From sequence record PV806337.1: DNA of 64,000 nt. One strand, written 5' to 3'. This DNA comes from a phage. The position numbers and the translations under genes were made by a program. Below the pieces are notes generated by a model that saw nothing but the letters and a program-made list of their open reading frames with translations, was not told where the DNA came from and ran no database searches. Below, piece after piece: positions 40,543 to 50,268 of the stretch. Within the stretch, counting starts at the first letter, position 1, and every line of letters starts with the position of its first letter.

Positions 40543-41514
40543 TTAATCGTATACTCGCTCTACTATGCACGGGATTACACCACCAGCACGAATCACTCGA
40601 ATTTGGCAACCGATCTCTAGATCAAGAGAGTTAATATAATCAACGTTATTAAGAGTCGCTTTAACAATTGTAGCATCATCAATAATTACCGGTTCGAAAT
40701 AACCAACTGGAGTTACTTTACCAGAAGCCCCTACCTGCCATTCAACTTTAGTAAGAGTTGTAATCTCACCTTCTTCATCCTCTTTAATAGCGAATGCTCC
40801 ACGAGGGAATTTATTAGTCCAGCCTTCTCGGAAGAACTTGTTGTTGTCGTTAATACGAACAACTTTACCGTCCGTCGGAATCCATTTAAAGAAGGAACGC
40901 ACATTAACAACTGTTAAGAAGTTCTCATTCTCTAGCCAAAGCATATCTTTTAAATACGCTTCTGTAATACCTACAGATTCAGCAGAACACTGGATACCAT
41001 ATGCAACGAAGATTAAACCACCTTCCCCGATACGTTGTACAAAATCATCACTATCTTTGAGGTTAATAGCACCAGAGGCAAAGTTACGTTTATTTTCTAC
41101 TTCTTTTGTAATTAGAACTTCACCAGTGATTTGAGTAGGTACTTTTTGGGAAATCTTTTTAGGGATGTTCAGCAATCTTACGTTGCTTGTGACATCATTC
41201 CCTAGAATACCATTACCACGAGTTAGTGCTTGAACAAATTCGCCATTAATATATAACAGAGAAATCGCACAACCATCTAACTTATCAGTTTCTACTTGAC
41301 CTAACGGGTTAAATGGGGGTTTATCTCCACGATTATAATAAACTTTCTGTAAAGAATACATACGATACAGATGTGGAATATCACCCTTAGGTCCGATCTC
41401 TTCTTCTAACGGGAAGCGTTTTACCAGGCAATCATACTCCTCATCTGAGATTAAAGACATACCTTGATAATATGCTTCTTGGCAACGTTTAATAAAGTCT
41501 TTTACATTGGTCAT
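40543..41514 (-). CDS. NAD-dependent DNA ligase, N-terminal adenylation subunit
   Basis: 323 aa; active-site KxDG (TDKLDGCAISL); followed by OB-fold region. Confidence 0.8.
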   Translation of the reverse strand: MTNVKDFIKRCQEAYYQGMSLISDEEYDCLVKRFPLEEEIGPKGDIPHLYRMYSLQKVYYNRGDKPPFNPLGQVETDKLDGCAISLLYINGEFVQALTRGNGILGNDVTSNVRLLNIPKKISQKVPTQITGEVLITKEVENKRNFASGAINLKDSDDFVQRIGEGGLIFVAYGIQCSAESVGITEAYLKDMLWLENENFLTVVNVRSFFKWIPTDGKVVRINDNNKFFREGWTNKFPRGAFAIKEDEEGEITTLTKVEWQVGASGKVTPVGYFEPVIIDDATIVKATLNNVDYINSLDLEIGCQIRVIRAGGVIPCIVERVYD

Positions 41515-41787
41515 TTATTCTGCCTCATAGTATGTGGGTTGTCTAGTGGATCCGTGCCATGTATAATTTTTGCAAAGATGCAAATATGTAGTTTTTACTA
41601 GCCTATCTGACAACGGAGAGTATATTTCAGCTACTAATACTTCTTTTTCGTAATGAAGTGAAATCAGCTTATACCCACTTCTAGTTTTAGTATACTTTTC
41701 TCCATTAATCTTCTCCTCCCACATAAGTATAAGAGGCTGTCCGATGTACGGGAAAGGTTTAAGTGTACTTATACTTATCTTTTTCAC
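41515..41787 (-). CDS. hypothetical protein
   Basis: 90-aa ORF, GTG start, own promoter upstream. Confidence 0.45.
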   Translation of the reverse strand: MKKISISTLKPFPYIGQPLILMWEEKINGEKYTKTRSGYKLISLHYEKEVLVAEIYSPLSDRLVKTTYLHLCKNYTWHGSTRQPTYYEAE

Positions 41788-41817
41788 TTTGCAACCCTCT
41801 CATTAATTTATATAAAT

Positions 41818-41846
41818 ATTATATAACAAAACTGAGTTGAAAGCAA
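41818..41846 (-). promoter_or_regulatory. T5-type sigma70 promoter
   Basis: - strand TTGCTT, 17-bp spacer, TATAAT. Confidence 0.7.
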
Positions 41847-41861
41847 GTACATTTATAAAGA

Positions 41862-41890
41862 AAAAGCCAAGAACTAGGCATTCTTGGCTT
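41862..41890 (-). terminator. rho-independent terminator (- strand)
   Basis: - strand GCCAAGAA-tgcctag-TTCTTGGC followed by TTTTTCTTT; includes stop codon of upstream gene. Confidence 0.65.
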
Positions 41891-42182
41891 TGAGTTCTTC
41901 AGCTCGTTTCTGTACTTCATGTAAAACCTCAGATTCGCTAAGAATCTGTGTAAACGCATAGAAAAGCTGTGATGTTGTTTCTAGGGTGTAAGGAAAAGAG
42001 AAGCCAGATTTCGTTGGAAACCATTCATCATTAATATCAAGAAGCCAGTAACGAATACCCATGTATAGATTCCCACGAAATTCAGATACTGTTAATCTTA
42101 CTTGTTCCCCCTCCTTCTCCCAAAGTATGATGGACTGGTCATCAACGTGTCCTTCATAGTTTTGATTTACCTGTTCGCTCAT
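41874..42182 (-). CDS. hypothetical protein
   Basis: 102-aa ORF. Confidence 0.5.
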   Translation of the reverse strand: MSEQVNQNYEGHVDDQSIILWEKEGEQVRLTVSEFRGNLYMGIRYWLLDINDEWFPTKSGFSFPYTLETTSQLFYAFTQILSESEVLHEVQKRAEELKAKNA

Positions 42183-42201
42183 TTACATATCCCAAATACA
42201 C

Positions 42202-42222
42202 AAAAAGCCCCATATAGGGGCT
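42202..42222 (-). terminator. rho-independent terminator (- strand)
   Basis: GCCCC-tatat-GGGGC hairpin followed by TTTTT on - strand. Confidence 0.6.
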
Positions 42223-42232
42223 AATTGGTTTC

Positions 42233-42529
42233 TTATCGGCCTACTGGAGAAGCACGATCTAACTCTGATTGGAGGCTAGTCACACGACGGACTTTCTCGA
42301 CAGGAATAAAACGGAAGCTATCATTAGTACGAGAGAAGACAAGGATCTCATCATCTTTCGCTTTACGAATACGTTCACGTTTAATACGCTCAGCCAGATA
42401 TTTATCTTGGGCTGGATCAAATTCCATCGTACCCTGAAGGTACGTGGTTCCTTTCTGACGAAGTTTCTCGTAATGAAGATAAAACTCACCAAATTTTTCA
42501 CATTGTGCGATAATTTCAGCTTTGGTCAT
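42233..42529 (-). CDS. hypothetical protein
   Basis: 98-aa ORF. Confidence 0.5.
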   Translation of the reverse strand: MTKAEIIAQCEKFGEFYLHYEKLRQKGTTYLQGTMEFDPAQDKYLAERIKRERIRKAKDDEILVFSRTNDSFRFIPVEKVRRVTSLQSELDRASPVGR

Positions 42530-42565
42530 AACTGTGTTCCTTTTGTTGGTGGATTTATCTAAAAA

Positions 42566-42976
42566 TTACTTAGTGATAGCTCGGATTGCTTCTGCCAGAT
42601 GAGCAGCCGCTTTACCGGTCAGTTTGTCGATAATTGCATCATCCAGAAAATCTGGTGCTAGGCCAGCATCAGAGAATGCTGAACGAAGATCGGCATGAGC
42701 TTGGGCTTTGGAAGTGCGAGAACCACCAGAAGCTTTTTCTCCAGTAGATGCACTAGATTTAGAAGCAGAGCCAGCAGCTTTCTTGATATATACACCTGCT
42801 TTGGTCAACTTCATACGAAAACCGTTCGGAGTTACACCATTTTCCTGAGCAATTTCGCTAACAATTTCCATGCTAACACCCGGACGTTCATCCTCTGGGA
42901 ATTGCTCCATACGAGCAACGTATTCGGAAGACATTTTTTCGAACAGTTCATCAGTCCACTGAGTTGGAGTAGTCAT
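42566..42976 (-). CDS. hypothetical protein
   Basis: 136-aa ORF with own promoter; Ser/Ala-rich central linker. Confidence 0.5.
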   Translation of the reverse strand: MTTPTQWTDELFEKMSSEYVARMEQFPEDERPGVSMEIVSEIAQENGVTPNGFRMKLTKAGVYIKKAAGSASKSSASTGEKASGGSRTSKAQAHADLRSAFSDAGLAPDFLDDAIIDKLTGKAAAHLAEAIRAITK

Positions 42977-43033
42977 ATTTTATATTTCCTTAATTAAGAA
43001 TTAAACAGAATAGTTCTTTCAAACTATGAGAAT

Positions 43034-43062
43034 ATTATATCAAGAATTATAGGATTAAGCAA
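43034..43062 (-). promoter_or_regulatory. T5-type sigma70 promoter
   Basis: - strand TTGCTT, 17-bp spacer, TATAAT. Confidence 0.7.
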
Positions 43063-43079
43063 CTGAAATTTTTCTGTAG

Positions 43080-43355
43080 TTACTCCACCAGGCCAACAGC
43101 AAGCATATCATCAATGCTGGCAATCTCCCAATCGTCAGCAATAGCTTCGCATACTGTTAACGTAACAACCTCACTATAGGGATAATTACCAGCTACCCAG
43201 GTATGTTGGGTAACTACATCTGAGTCAGCGTCTAAAGTTAGTAACACTAAGCCATTATTGTCATTATCCCAGCTTCTACGATATAGAGTTTTTACTTCCC
43301 CATCTTTAAGCAAATCTGTTAGCTTACTCACGGCGTTTTCCTTTTTCTTTATCAA
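43080..43355 (-). CDS. hypothetical protein
   Basis: 91-aa ORF. Confidence 0.45.
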   Translation of the reverse strand: MIKKKENAVSKLTDLLKDGEVKTLYRRSWDNDNNGLVLLTLDADSDVVTQHTWVAGNYPYSEVVTLTVCEAIADDWEIASIDDMLAVGLVE

Positions 43356-44028
43356 GTTTCAGGGCAGCCTTAACAGCTTCGTTAATCAACGTAATAATTT
43401 CTTCACGAGTCCACTTATATCCTAGAGATTTTACGTCTACCCCTAACTTTTCCAGATGTTTAACAGAAGCCAGCTCGTAATTCATATAATGAACGTTCTG
43501 TTGTTTGCCTTCTGATAGAAGCCATACACGGTAACAACCAACAGGGTTATCCATTGCTTTTTTGATTTCACCGATACACTGGTATCCAGGAACCCAAACA
43601 AGCTCACCAACTGCAAATTCTTCTGCTACAGCATCATCAGGAATAATTGGAGGATTCAATGGATCTACAATATCATTCAAACGAAGCAGAGCACCATATC
43701 GTTCCAGAACAGATTTAACCATTGCTACAGAGCGGTAATTACGATCGGCAATCTCTTCGAAAGAATCACCAGATAAATACTGCTCAATAACGTTAGCTAA
43801 CTCAATGCCTTCAATGAGTGTGCCACGTTTCTTTTTCTTCATTTCGGCAACTTGAATCTGGCGGTCTTGCCACTCCTCAATCATCCTTTCCATAGTTGGA
43901 TTGGATGATACGCCGAGCATTTCACATGCTGCTTTCTTGGTACCACCGTTCTCCAGATGCTCTATAACCTTTTTAAAGACTTCATCTGGGATTTCATGGA
44001 TATGTTTCTTTCTACGAGAACCGGCCAT
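43324..44028 (-). CDS. putative DNA-binding transcriptional regulator (two HTH-like motifs)
   Basis: 234 aa; N-terminal HTH (GTKKAACEMLGVSSNPTMERMIEEW) and sigma-region-4-like segment (SFEEIADRNYRSVAMVKSVLERY). Confidence 0.5.
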   Translation of the reverse strand: MAGSRRKKHIHEIPDEVFKKVIEHLENGGTKKAACEMLGVSSNPTMERMIEEWQDRQIQVAEMKKKKRGTLIEGIELANVIEQYLSGDSFEEIADRNYRSVAMVKSVLERYGALLRLNDIVDPLNPPIIPDDAVAEEFAVGELVWVPGYQCIGEIKKAMDNPVGCYRVWLLSEGKQQNVHYMNYELASVKHLEKLGVDVKSLGYKWTREEIITLINEAVKAALKLDKEKGKRRE

Positions 44029-44059
44029 ATTTAAACTCCTCTCTCAAATTTATGAATCT

Positions 44060-44088
44060 ATTATACAGAAAAATTTTCCTGAAAGCAA
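44060..44088 (-). promoter_or_regulatory. T5-type sigma70 promoter (resembles classic T5 N25-type promoter)
   Basis: - strand AAATTTATTTGCTTTCAGGAAAATTTTTCTGTATAATAGATTCATAAATTTGAGAGAGGAG; TTGCTT, 17-bp spacer, TATAAT. Confidence 0.8.
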
Positions 44089-44096
44089 ATAAATTT

Positions 44097-44339
44097 TTAC
44101 GATTCCTTGAGCAAAGAAGCAAGTTCAGCATAGACTTTATCTAACTCAAAGCCTATGCGAAGAGACACGTTAGTTTTCCGTTGTTTAAGTAACCACTCGG
44201 ATATGTTAGGGATGCCAGCTAATCTATGTGGTACCACCCTACATAACTTTTCCGAAGTGTCGTAAACAGGAACTTTACGTTCTTTTACTGGGAACTTCCT
44301 TATTTCCCATTTTTTATTCTTCACTGTCATTTCTAGCAC
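44097..44339 (-). CDS. hypothetical protein
   Basis: 80-aa ORF. Confidence 0.4.
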   Translation of the reverse strand: MLEMTVKNKKWEIRKFPVKERKVPVYDTSEKLCRVVPHRLAGIPNISEWLLKQRKTNVSLRIGFELDKVYAELASLLKES

Positions 44340-47103
44340 CTAGTTCTGCCATTGCTTCATCATGCATATGTTTCTCCTCATCAGTCATAAACTTATATGG
44401 GATTGGCATACACTCGATTTTACAATAGGTTCTGTACCAGTCTACAATATTCTCCGTGTTCATATCCTTACCAATACCCATCATACCAAGATACATTCTT
44501 GCATATTTAGGGTTAGCACTCTGACCTGTTTTAAGGAAGAAATCTTTCTTCTTACCTTTCAGAGCTTCTATGAATGGTTTGATAGTGACGTTTGAACACT
44601 TCTTAATATCTTCCCAGAACATCTCGTGCATCTTATGGAAGAATGCAGCCCGATCATTAGGTTTATCCTTGATATATTGTTCAACATGCTCAACTGTTAC
44701 ATCTTTAATAGACTCAAGATGGTAATAGCGAACAAGAAGTAGTTTAGCTTCATACGCATCTGCATGTCGTGGAGCACAATAATCAGGAGTTGAATACAAA
44801 ATGGCTTTGATTCGCTCTTCTGTATACTCTTTACCTGCACCTTCGATAGTTCCCCAGCTTTCACTGAAAATATCAATAGTTGCACCCTGATCAAGCAAGT
44901 AATAACGTAAAGTACTAGTATAGTTCCTAGACTCCAGCTCCCTGCGACGTGCGTATAATTGCTGTGCTAACTCCAGCCAACCTTCATCAATGTTATATTG
45001 TTCAGAACCTGCGGAGAATCCACTCGTAGATTTATCAATAAAATAATAAATGTTCTGAGCACCACGGTCGCGCCTGATTGCTTGGAAACGCATGTTTGGC
45101 GCCTGGTTACTAGTTCTAGTAATAACAAATACGTTATCAAAATAGTTGAAGTCAACTCCACTCGTTACGGATGGACTACATAATAAGCAATCAATTTGTT
45201 GGTCAATTAGCTCATTAGTTGTATAATCCAGAATACGTCTAATATCCACATCAGATGTAGAGTTTGAGTGGATTTCCTTAACTAACGCACCCGTATTACG
45301 ACGCAATGCCATGCCCTTCTCATTCAGTTCATCTGGCCCACAGTCAGATACTAGGATAGATTTCTCACCCATCTCTAGAGAAGTCTGAAGTGCAACCCAA
45401 ATACTGGATTCATCAGGGAACTCATAAGCATGAGCTTTTGATAGCATTTTACGGTGATGATTATAAAATGCAACCGGTTTATCAAACTCAATCAAAGAAC
45501 CATATGCTTCAATTGTTTCTGCACTAATATCCCCATCAGATAATATAATGATTTTTGCAGTTGCAAGAATATCCCGAAGAACCTGAATACATTCACGACG
45601 TTGTTTAACAACCGGGGCGAATAATAGGTCGTTCATTACTGCATCACATTCATCGATAAAGATTGCATCAATTTGACCAATAAAACTCTTGAACTTATGC
45701 AAAGAGTGAATAGTTGTGGACATACGGTCAATAGCACCACGCTTAAAATTAAGCATATCTACAGACTTATCGTATTGTCCTGCACTAAATTTCTTAGCAT
45801 TTGAAGATACCAGTGCTCTAGTATTGGTAATTGCTAAAAAATTACCTTTAATAACTCCTGAATCTAACCAACGCACAACCGCCGTGGTTTTACCTGTGCC
45901 TAAACTCGCTTTTACAAAAGTCATATAACCTTCTGGTGGCACAGTATTTAGTTTCAAGAAATTATCAGTTTCTAGAGAATTAGTTTCTAGCTTTTTAAGT
46001 GGAATACCTTTTAAAATATCGGGTATATCGCGTTTAGAATTATTAACAAACGCTTTCAGAGCCTGCTTACGACCGTTATTAAAATAATCTTGAATATTAC
46101 GACTGTTATCTTTAGTTGCGATATATTCTGATAAGGCTGGACGGATTTCTTTTTCTAGCCATGCAAAATCAACACCATCCTCTAATGCTCTATGGTATAG
46201 TTTGGGGATAATACGCAAGTACACCCCATCCTCAGCTTCTTCTAGTTCGCTGATAGTTTCCTCTACTTTATCAGAGGCAGCTTTTTTACCTTTAATTTGA
46301 TCGAGTAAAGAGTAAAACTCCTCCTTAAACTCACCTCTAGTTGTTTCATAGTCAACCAGATTATTTGGTAAATTTACTTTAGAACCTTTAACAAATACCA
46401 GACGTGAAGCACCCTCCGCTTTAAACGGATCTACTATACCATCGGTAAATAACGGATCTGCAAAATAATGGAGCTGTACGGAAGAGTAATAAGCTAAGTC
46501 GGCAATATCAAAGCCGTACTTTTGTCTACTACTTTCATTGATAGATGTAAATAAGAATTTGATTTGACCCTGAGTTACTTTAACATTAGATTCTAGTATT
46601 AAGTGCATTCGGATACCTGGTTTTAGCCCAGCCGAAGACGATGCATGAGCGATAAACCCTGCATCAAGAGGAAACATATCCTCACTAATACTATTTAACA
46701 TCCTAATAATATGTCGAGCCATGCCAACAAGATCAAACTTGTTACAACCACCTGTATCTACAATACCATCCACGTCCATTGCAATTATATGACTTGGGTT
46801 AGATACATTAAAGTTGCCCTTCTTACGTCGCACATTATTTTTAGGTGCAAGACATCGACCTCGTACCGCAACGATATGAGGGTCAGACGTTAAACGTCTC
46901 ATAAGAGGAAGCATTTCTACTAGGGTTTGAGGATCAACTTCATCAATTACATCAAACTTGAAGGGCATTGAGGCTGGTTTACCTTCAGGATGCTTTGAGG
47001 AAAATCTTTTAGCAAAAAGATAGTCTTCTGCTTTAACTTCTCGCCAATTGCCTGTGGCTAAATCGCGATGAAATCCTGCATGACCTTGTAGGATTGAGAA
47101 CAC
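44314..47103 (-). CDS. large replication-associated P-loop NTPase (helicase-like)
   Basis: Walker A SLGTGKTT, Walker B IFIDECD; start set at GTG 47103 preceded by AGGAG; ORF-track start 47181 adds a hydrophobic junk-like N-terminus. Confidence 0.6.
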   Translation of the reverse strand: MFSILQGHAGFHRDLATGNWREVKAEDYLFAKRFSSKHPEGKPASMPFKFDVIDEVDPQTLVEMLPLMRRLTSDPHIVAVRGRCLAPKNNVRRKKGNFNVSNPSHIIAMDVDGIVDTGGCNKFDLVGMARHIIRMLNSISEDMFPLDAGFIAHASSSAGLKPGIRMHLILESNVKVTQGQIKFLFTSINESSRQKYGFDIADLAYYSSVQLHYFADPLFTDGIVDPFKAEGASRLVFVKGSKVNLPNNLVDYETTRGEFKEEFYSLLDQIKGKKAASDKVEETISELEEAEDGVYLRIIPKLYHRALEDGVDFAWLEKEIRPALSEYIATKDNSRNIQDYFNNGRKQALKAFVNNSKRDIPDILKGIPLKKLETNSLETDNFLKLNTVPPEGYMTFVKASLGTGKTTAVVRWLDSGVIKGNFLAITNTRALVSSNAKKFSAGQYDKSVDMLNFKRGAIDRMSTTIHSLHKFKSFIGQIDAIFIDECDAVMNDLLFAPVVKQRRECIQVLRDILATAKIIILSDGDISAETIEAYGSLIEFDKPVAFYNHHRKMLSKAHAYEFPDESSIWVALQTSLEMGEKSILVSDCGPDELNEKGMALRRNTGALVKEIHSNSTSDVDIRRILDYTTNELIDQQIDCLLCSPSVTSGVDFNYFDNVFVITRTSNQAPNMRFQAIRRDRGAQNIYYFIDKSTSGFSAGSEQYNIDEGWLELAQQLYARRRELESRNYTSTLRYYLLDQGATIDIFSESWGTIEGAGKEYTEERIKAILYSTPDYCAPRHADAYEAKLLLVRYYHLESIKDVTVEHVEQYIKDKPNDRAAFFHKMHEMFWEDIKKCSNVTIKPFIEALKGKKKDFFLKTGQSANPKYARMYLGMMGIGKDMNTENIVDWYRTYCKIECMPIPYKFMTDEEKHMHDEAMAELGARNDSEE

Positions 47104-47602
47104 AACAATACTCCTGTGTTGGAAATAAAATAAGTTTTCTTTAGGACTATTCAGAAAGAATAGAACAACTGTTACTGTCAATTTCTCAACAAATTAATCG
47201 CAAATACTGAAGTGGGGTGGCAACTTCCACTTTCACGCTGCGCTGCTGCTTTGCTATATCGCACAAATCCTTGAGGATGGCCGCTAAGCCAGATTTGCTC
47301 ACCTAATGCTTCATATACTAGCTCATACTAGATGCAATATAACTTACAGAATCACGTCTCGGAGTTTTTCACTCCTCCCATCTCACTTCACAACCACCTC
47401 ATACTAGGTTGCTTCGAGGCCTTACCAGGGTTCCTATGGGACGCAGATCGCTAAGTATTCTATTAACTATTTGTTTAAAAACTAACACGTAACAGTTAAA
47501 ACAACCCTTAATGGGGCAGCCTAACTGTTCCGTATCGCGGATTGTAAACAAGAAAAATTAGCAAAATCAATTTTTACTAATGTCTCTCAATTCAATATAA
47601 AT

Positions 47603-47631
47603 ATTATATCAAGATTTTGGGCATCCTGCAA
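47603..47631 (-). promoter_or_regulatory. T5-type sigma70 promoter heading a long leader
   Basis: - strand TTGCAG, 17-bp spacer, TATAAT, then ATTTATATTGAATTGAGAGAC. Confidence 0.6.
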
Positions 47632-47722
47632 GTAAAATTTTCCGGATGGTGCTATCATTGGTCTTGAGTACGGATAAAACCGAGCCAAAATGACTCGGTA
47701 ATCAGAGTTCAGCTAATAAAAA

Positions 47723-48115
47723 TCATTCATCATTTAAGCCTGGAACATAAATCCCAACACGGTTTAATTGTTCTTTAGCTTCTTTGAGAATATCTGGAGT
47801 GTACTCCCAAATATCATCTTCCACCTGTAAAAGATGGGGCGAACAACCATCATCCGACACACGACATATGGCCAAACCACGTGGGTGGAACAAAGAGAAA
47901 TTTAGGGCAACAATTAAACCCATAGCAGACAACTCATTCCAATCCAACTCCCATTCCCCCGCGTAGCCGGATAGGAAAACACCAACACAGGGATCATCTA
48001 TTTGCTGCTCCGGAAAAGTGAAGGAGGCTTGTCTTACCCCCAACCAACGTTGTAGCAGCTTCTCCGCACGTTTCACCAAACTAGGATCAATCTGACGCCA
48101 ATATACTTGTTCCAT
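47723..48115 (-). CDS. hypothetical protein (paralog of adjacent ORF)
   Basis: 130 aa; AAGGAGG RBS; shares PC(I/V)G…W.EL…MGL(I/V).ALN…LF.P and C-terminal G(Y/I)..PGL with the ORF at 48125-48553. Confidence 0.55.
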   Translation of the reverse strand: MEQVYWRQIDPSLVKRAEKLLQRWLGVRQASFTFPEQQIDDPCVGVFLSGYAGEWELDWNELSAMGLIVALNFSLFHPRGLAICRVSDDGCSPHLLQVEDDIWEYTPDILKEAKEQLNRVGIYVPGLNDE

Positions 48116-48124
48116 TCTGCCTCC

Positions 48125-48553
48125 TTAAGCAGTTAAACCTGGGATCATATACCCGAAACGTCGAAGTTTCTGAATCCCCTCATTTACTTCTTCCGGTGAG
48201 TAAGACCAACCATAACGTTCATTAACCTGAAAACCAGGAGATTCACTAGTTTTATAGTTAACAACAAGGCGATGCTTAGCAGGCATAAACAGCTTATAAT
48301 TTAACGCAAAAACTAAGCCCATTTCGTCTAACTCTTTCCAGCCCACAATCTCTTCAAGACCATCCTCTACCTGCACAATTAAACCAATACAGGGGGCCTC
48401 ATCAATATCATCTTTAAAAGCAAAGGAGATTTCGTTATTCTCACACCATATTTTCAAGGAGTTAATAGCCTCATTATACAGGCTAGCCGGTAGAGTACGC
48501 CAAAAGTTAACCAAAATTGGGTTAGCTTCTTTAGAGAATACATTATTGAACAT
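48125..48553 (-). CDS. hypothetical protein (paralog of adjacent ORF)
   Basis: 142 aa; same motif architecture as 47723-48115. Confidence 0.55.
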   Translation of the reverse strand: MFNNVFSKEANPILVNFWRTLPASLYNEAINSLKIWCENNEISFAFKDDIDEAPCIGLIVQVEDGLEEIVGWKELDEMGLVFALNYKLFMPAKHRLVVNYKTSESPGFQVNERYGWSYSPEEVNEGIQKLRRFGYMIPGLTA

Positions 48554-48555
48554 AT

Positions 48556-49062
48556 TTACACCTTAAATTGTTGTAGGGCTTTACACATTTCAAGATCTGG
48601 ACTAAATTCTAGCATATAGCTAACAGCCATTAAATCTTGAAGATTTATTCCAGTTCTACCGTTGACTATAACCGTTGGATACTGGTACATCATAGCACCA
48701 GCGTCATCCAGAACACACCAATGTTTGAGCTTATGCTTTTCAACGAAGCGAAGAACAGAATTACCCCTAGATAATCCACCCCCAGTAAAATCCGTTGTAC
48801 CAAGAAAACGATCGATAAGACCTAATCCGGTCATAATCTGAACGTTCTCCATCTCATTCCTGACAGAGAACCATGAGGATACTCCAACAATCATTATCGG
48901 AGAAGGACGAATAAAGTCCTGAAAAGCCTTGAGAAGCGGTTTGAAAACCCAATCACTTCCAAAGAAAATCTTTTCGTCATCAGGTGCATGATGGTGGGAG
49001 ATGCTCGAATTGAGCACCCCATCAATATCTAGAAAAATAATTGGAGTATTACTTATTTCCAT
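48556..49062 (-). CDS. HAD-superfamily phosphatase-like protein
   Basis: 168 aa; N-terminal FLDIDGVLN (DxDxV motif I) and later WCVLDD acidic motif. Confidence 0.5.
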   Translation of the reverse strand: MEISNTPIIFLDIDGVLNSSISHHHAPDDEKIFFGSDWVFKPLLKAFQDFIRPSPIMIVGVSSWFSVRNEMENVQIMTGLGLIDRFLGTTDFTGGGLSRGNSVLRFVEKHKLKHWCVLDDAGAMMYQYPTVIVNGRTGINLQDLMAVSYMLEFSPDLEMCKALQQFKV

Positions 49063-49258
49063 TTTTGTTCCTTTCTAAGAACCTATCATACTCAACCGTA
49101 TCAACATATATAACACCATAGTCATCGGATTTATAGTCCATCTCCCACAGCTCACAGCGATAGCACCAACTACCATCCGCCCATACAAATATATCATCGG
49201 GGTGTGTATACACAGATTTAACTATGGACATACCTGTTTCCCTTGCTTCTCGACACAT
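49049..49258 (-). CDS. hypothetical protein
   Basis: 69-aa ORF (possibly 60 aa from internal Met). Confidence 0.35.
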   Translation of the reverse strand: MCREARETGMSIVKSVYTHPDDIFVWADGSWCYRCELWEMDYKSDDYGVIYVDTVEYDRFLERNKNGNK

Positions 49259-50054
49259 AAGGTCTACCCTCTAAATGAGCTTCTACACGAGCAATAAAAT
49301 CAGGATCACTAAAAGCATCTACCGCACCTTTACTCCAGTAAGGGACACCACGTTCTTCCAGCTGGTACATCTCACTACGAGTCATACCTTGATAGCCCGG
49401 TTCCGCCGCGAGGGCACTATCATAGTAGTTAACTACCATAAATTTCGCAGCAGTCCTATTAAGAACAGGAAATAATTCCCAGTAGAAGTTAATTACTTGG
49501 TTAGAGCAACCAACCACAATGATCATATCTTGACTGGTAATACCATCAAAAACATTATACATTTCTGCGTATGCAGGAGCATGCTCTCCAAAGAAGATTA
49601 CATTAGGTTTAACCCATTTATAATCATCTGGATCAATAGAATTGTATCCTACATCAATAATCCGTTTATTGCTACTATTGTAGCTATCAGCTACAACAAC
49701 CTCTTTTAAATATCCGTGAATATGCAGAATGTCACTATGTGGAACGCCAGCACGCTCAATAAGGTCATCAACGTTGGTAGTCAAGTTTACTACTTGACCT
49801 GGATATTGTTTATACCATTCACCAATACGCAAATGCGCAAGATTGGGTTCAACAGTTTTTAGCTCTTCACGACGCTTGTTGTAAAACATATGGGTTTTAT
49901 GATAAAAATTACCACGAAAGGCATGAATATTACATACTTCTTCTAGATCATAGTCATCCCACAATGCTTTACCACTAGCAGTATCAGTACGGAAGGCTCG
50001 TACACCACTTTCAACACTCAAACCCGCACCACTAATAATAATTAATCTACGCAT
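49218..50054 (-). CDS. Sir2-family NAD-binding protein (no zinc-ribbon cysteines)
   Basis: 278 aa; ISGAGLSVESGVRAFR (GAGxS…SG…FR), TTNVDDLIERAG, ILHIHGY (HG), FFGE, IVVGCSNQV (VVGTSxxV-like); lacks the CxxC…CxxC zinc module. Confidence 0.65.
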   Translation of the reverse strand: MRRLIIISGAGLSVESGVRAFRTDTASGKALWDDYDLEEVCNIHAFRGNFYHKTHMFYNKRREELKTVEPNLAHLRIGEWYKQYPGQVVNLTTNVDDLIERAGVPHSDILHIHGYLKEVVVADSYNSSNKRIIDVGYNSIDPDDYKWVKPNVIFFGEHAPAYAEMYNVFDGITSQDMIIVVGCSNQVINFYWELFPVLNRTAAKFMVVNYYDSALAAEPGYQGMTRSEMYQLEERGVPYWSKGAVDAFSDPDFIARVEAHLEGRPYVSRSKGNRYVHS

Positions 50055-50268
50055 TTTTCACCTGTTCTCTGAAGTTTTGCCCAATACTGTCTAATAGCTC
50101 AGCTAATTCTTTATTGCCTTTCTCCATTAAGGTATTAGCAATAACTTCTAGCATAGTAGCGCAGGATTCAACACCATCCTTATAGCCAGTTTCCCACTGC
50201 TGCATTAATGCATTTTCCAAAGCGGAGTTTAAACCCTTATCTGGTAGCATCGGCTTCGAGAATGCCAT
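50047..50268 (-). CDS. hypothetical protein
   Basis: 73-aa ORF. Confidence 0.4.
   Translation of the reverse strand: MAFSKPMLPDKGLNSALENALMQQWETGYKDGVESCATMLEVIANTLMEKGNKELAELLDSIGQNFREQVKNA

Noticed and set aside
47104-47181. ORF-track start 47181 for the large NTPase gene
   Set aside because: First 26 codons encode a hydrophobic junk-like peptide with no RBS; GTG at 47103 follows AGGAG.
47182-47722. tRNA or group I intron in the long non-coding region
   Set aside because: No cloverleaf with a T-loop consensus and no intron core elements found by eye; left as unexplained non-coding leader pending a covariance-model scan.
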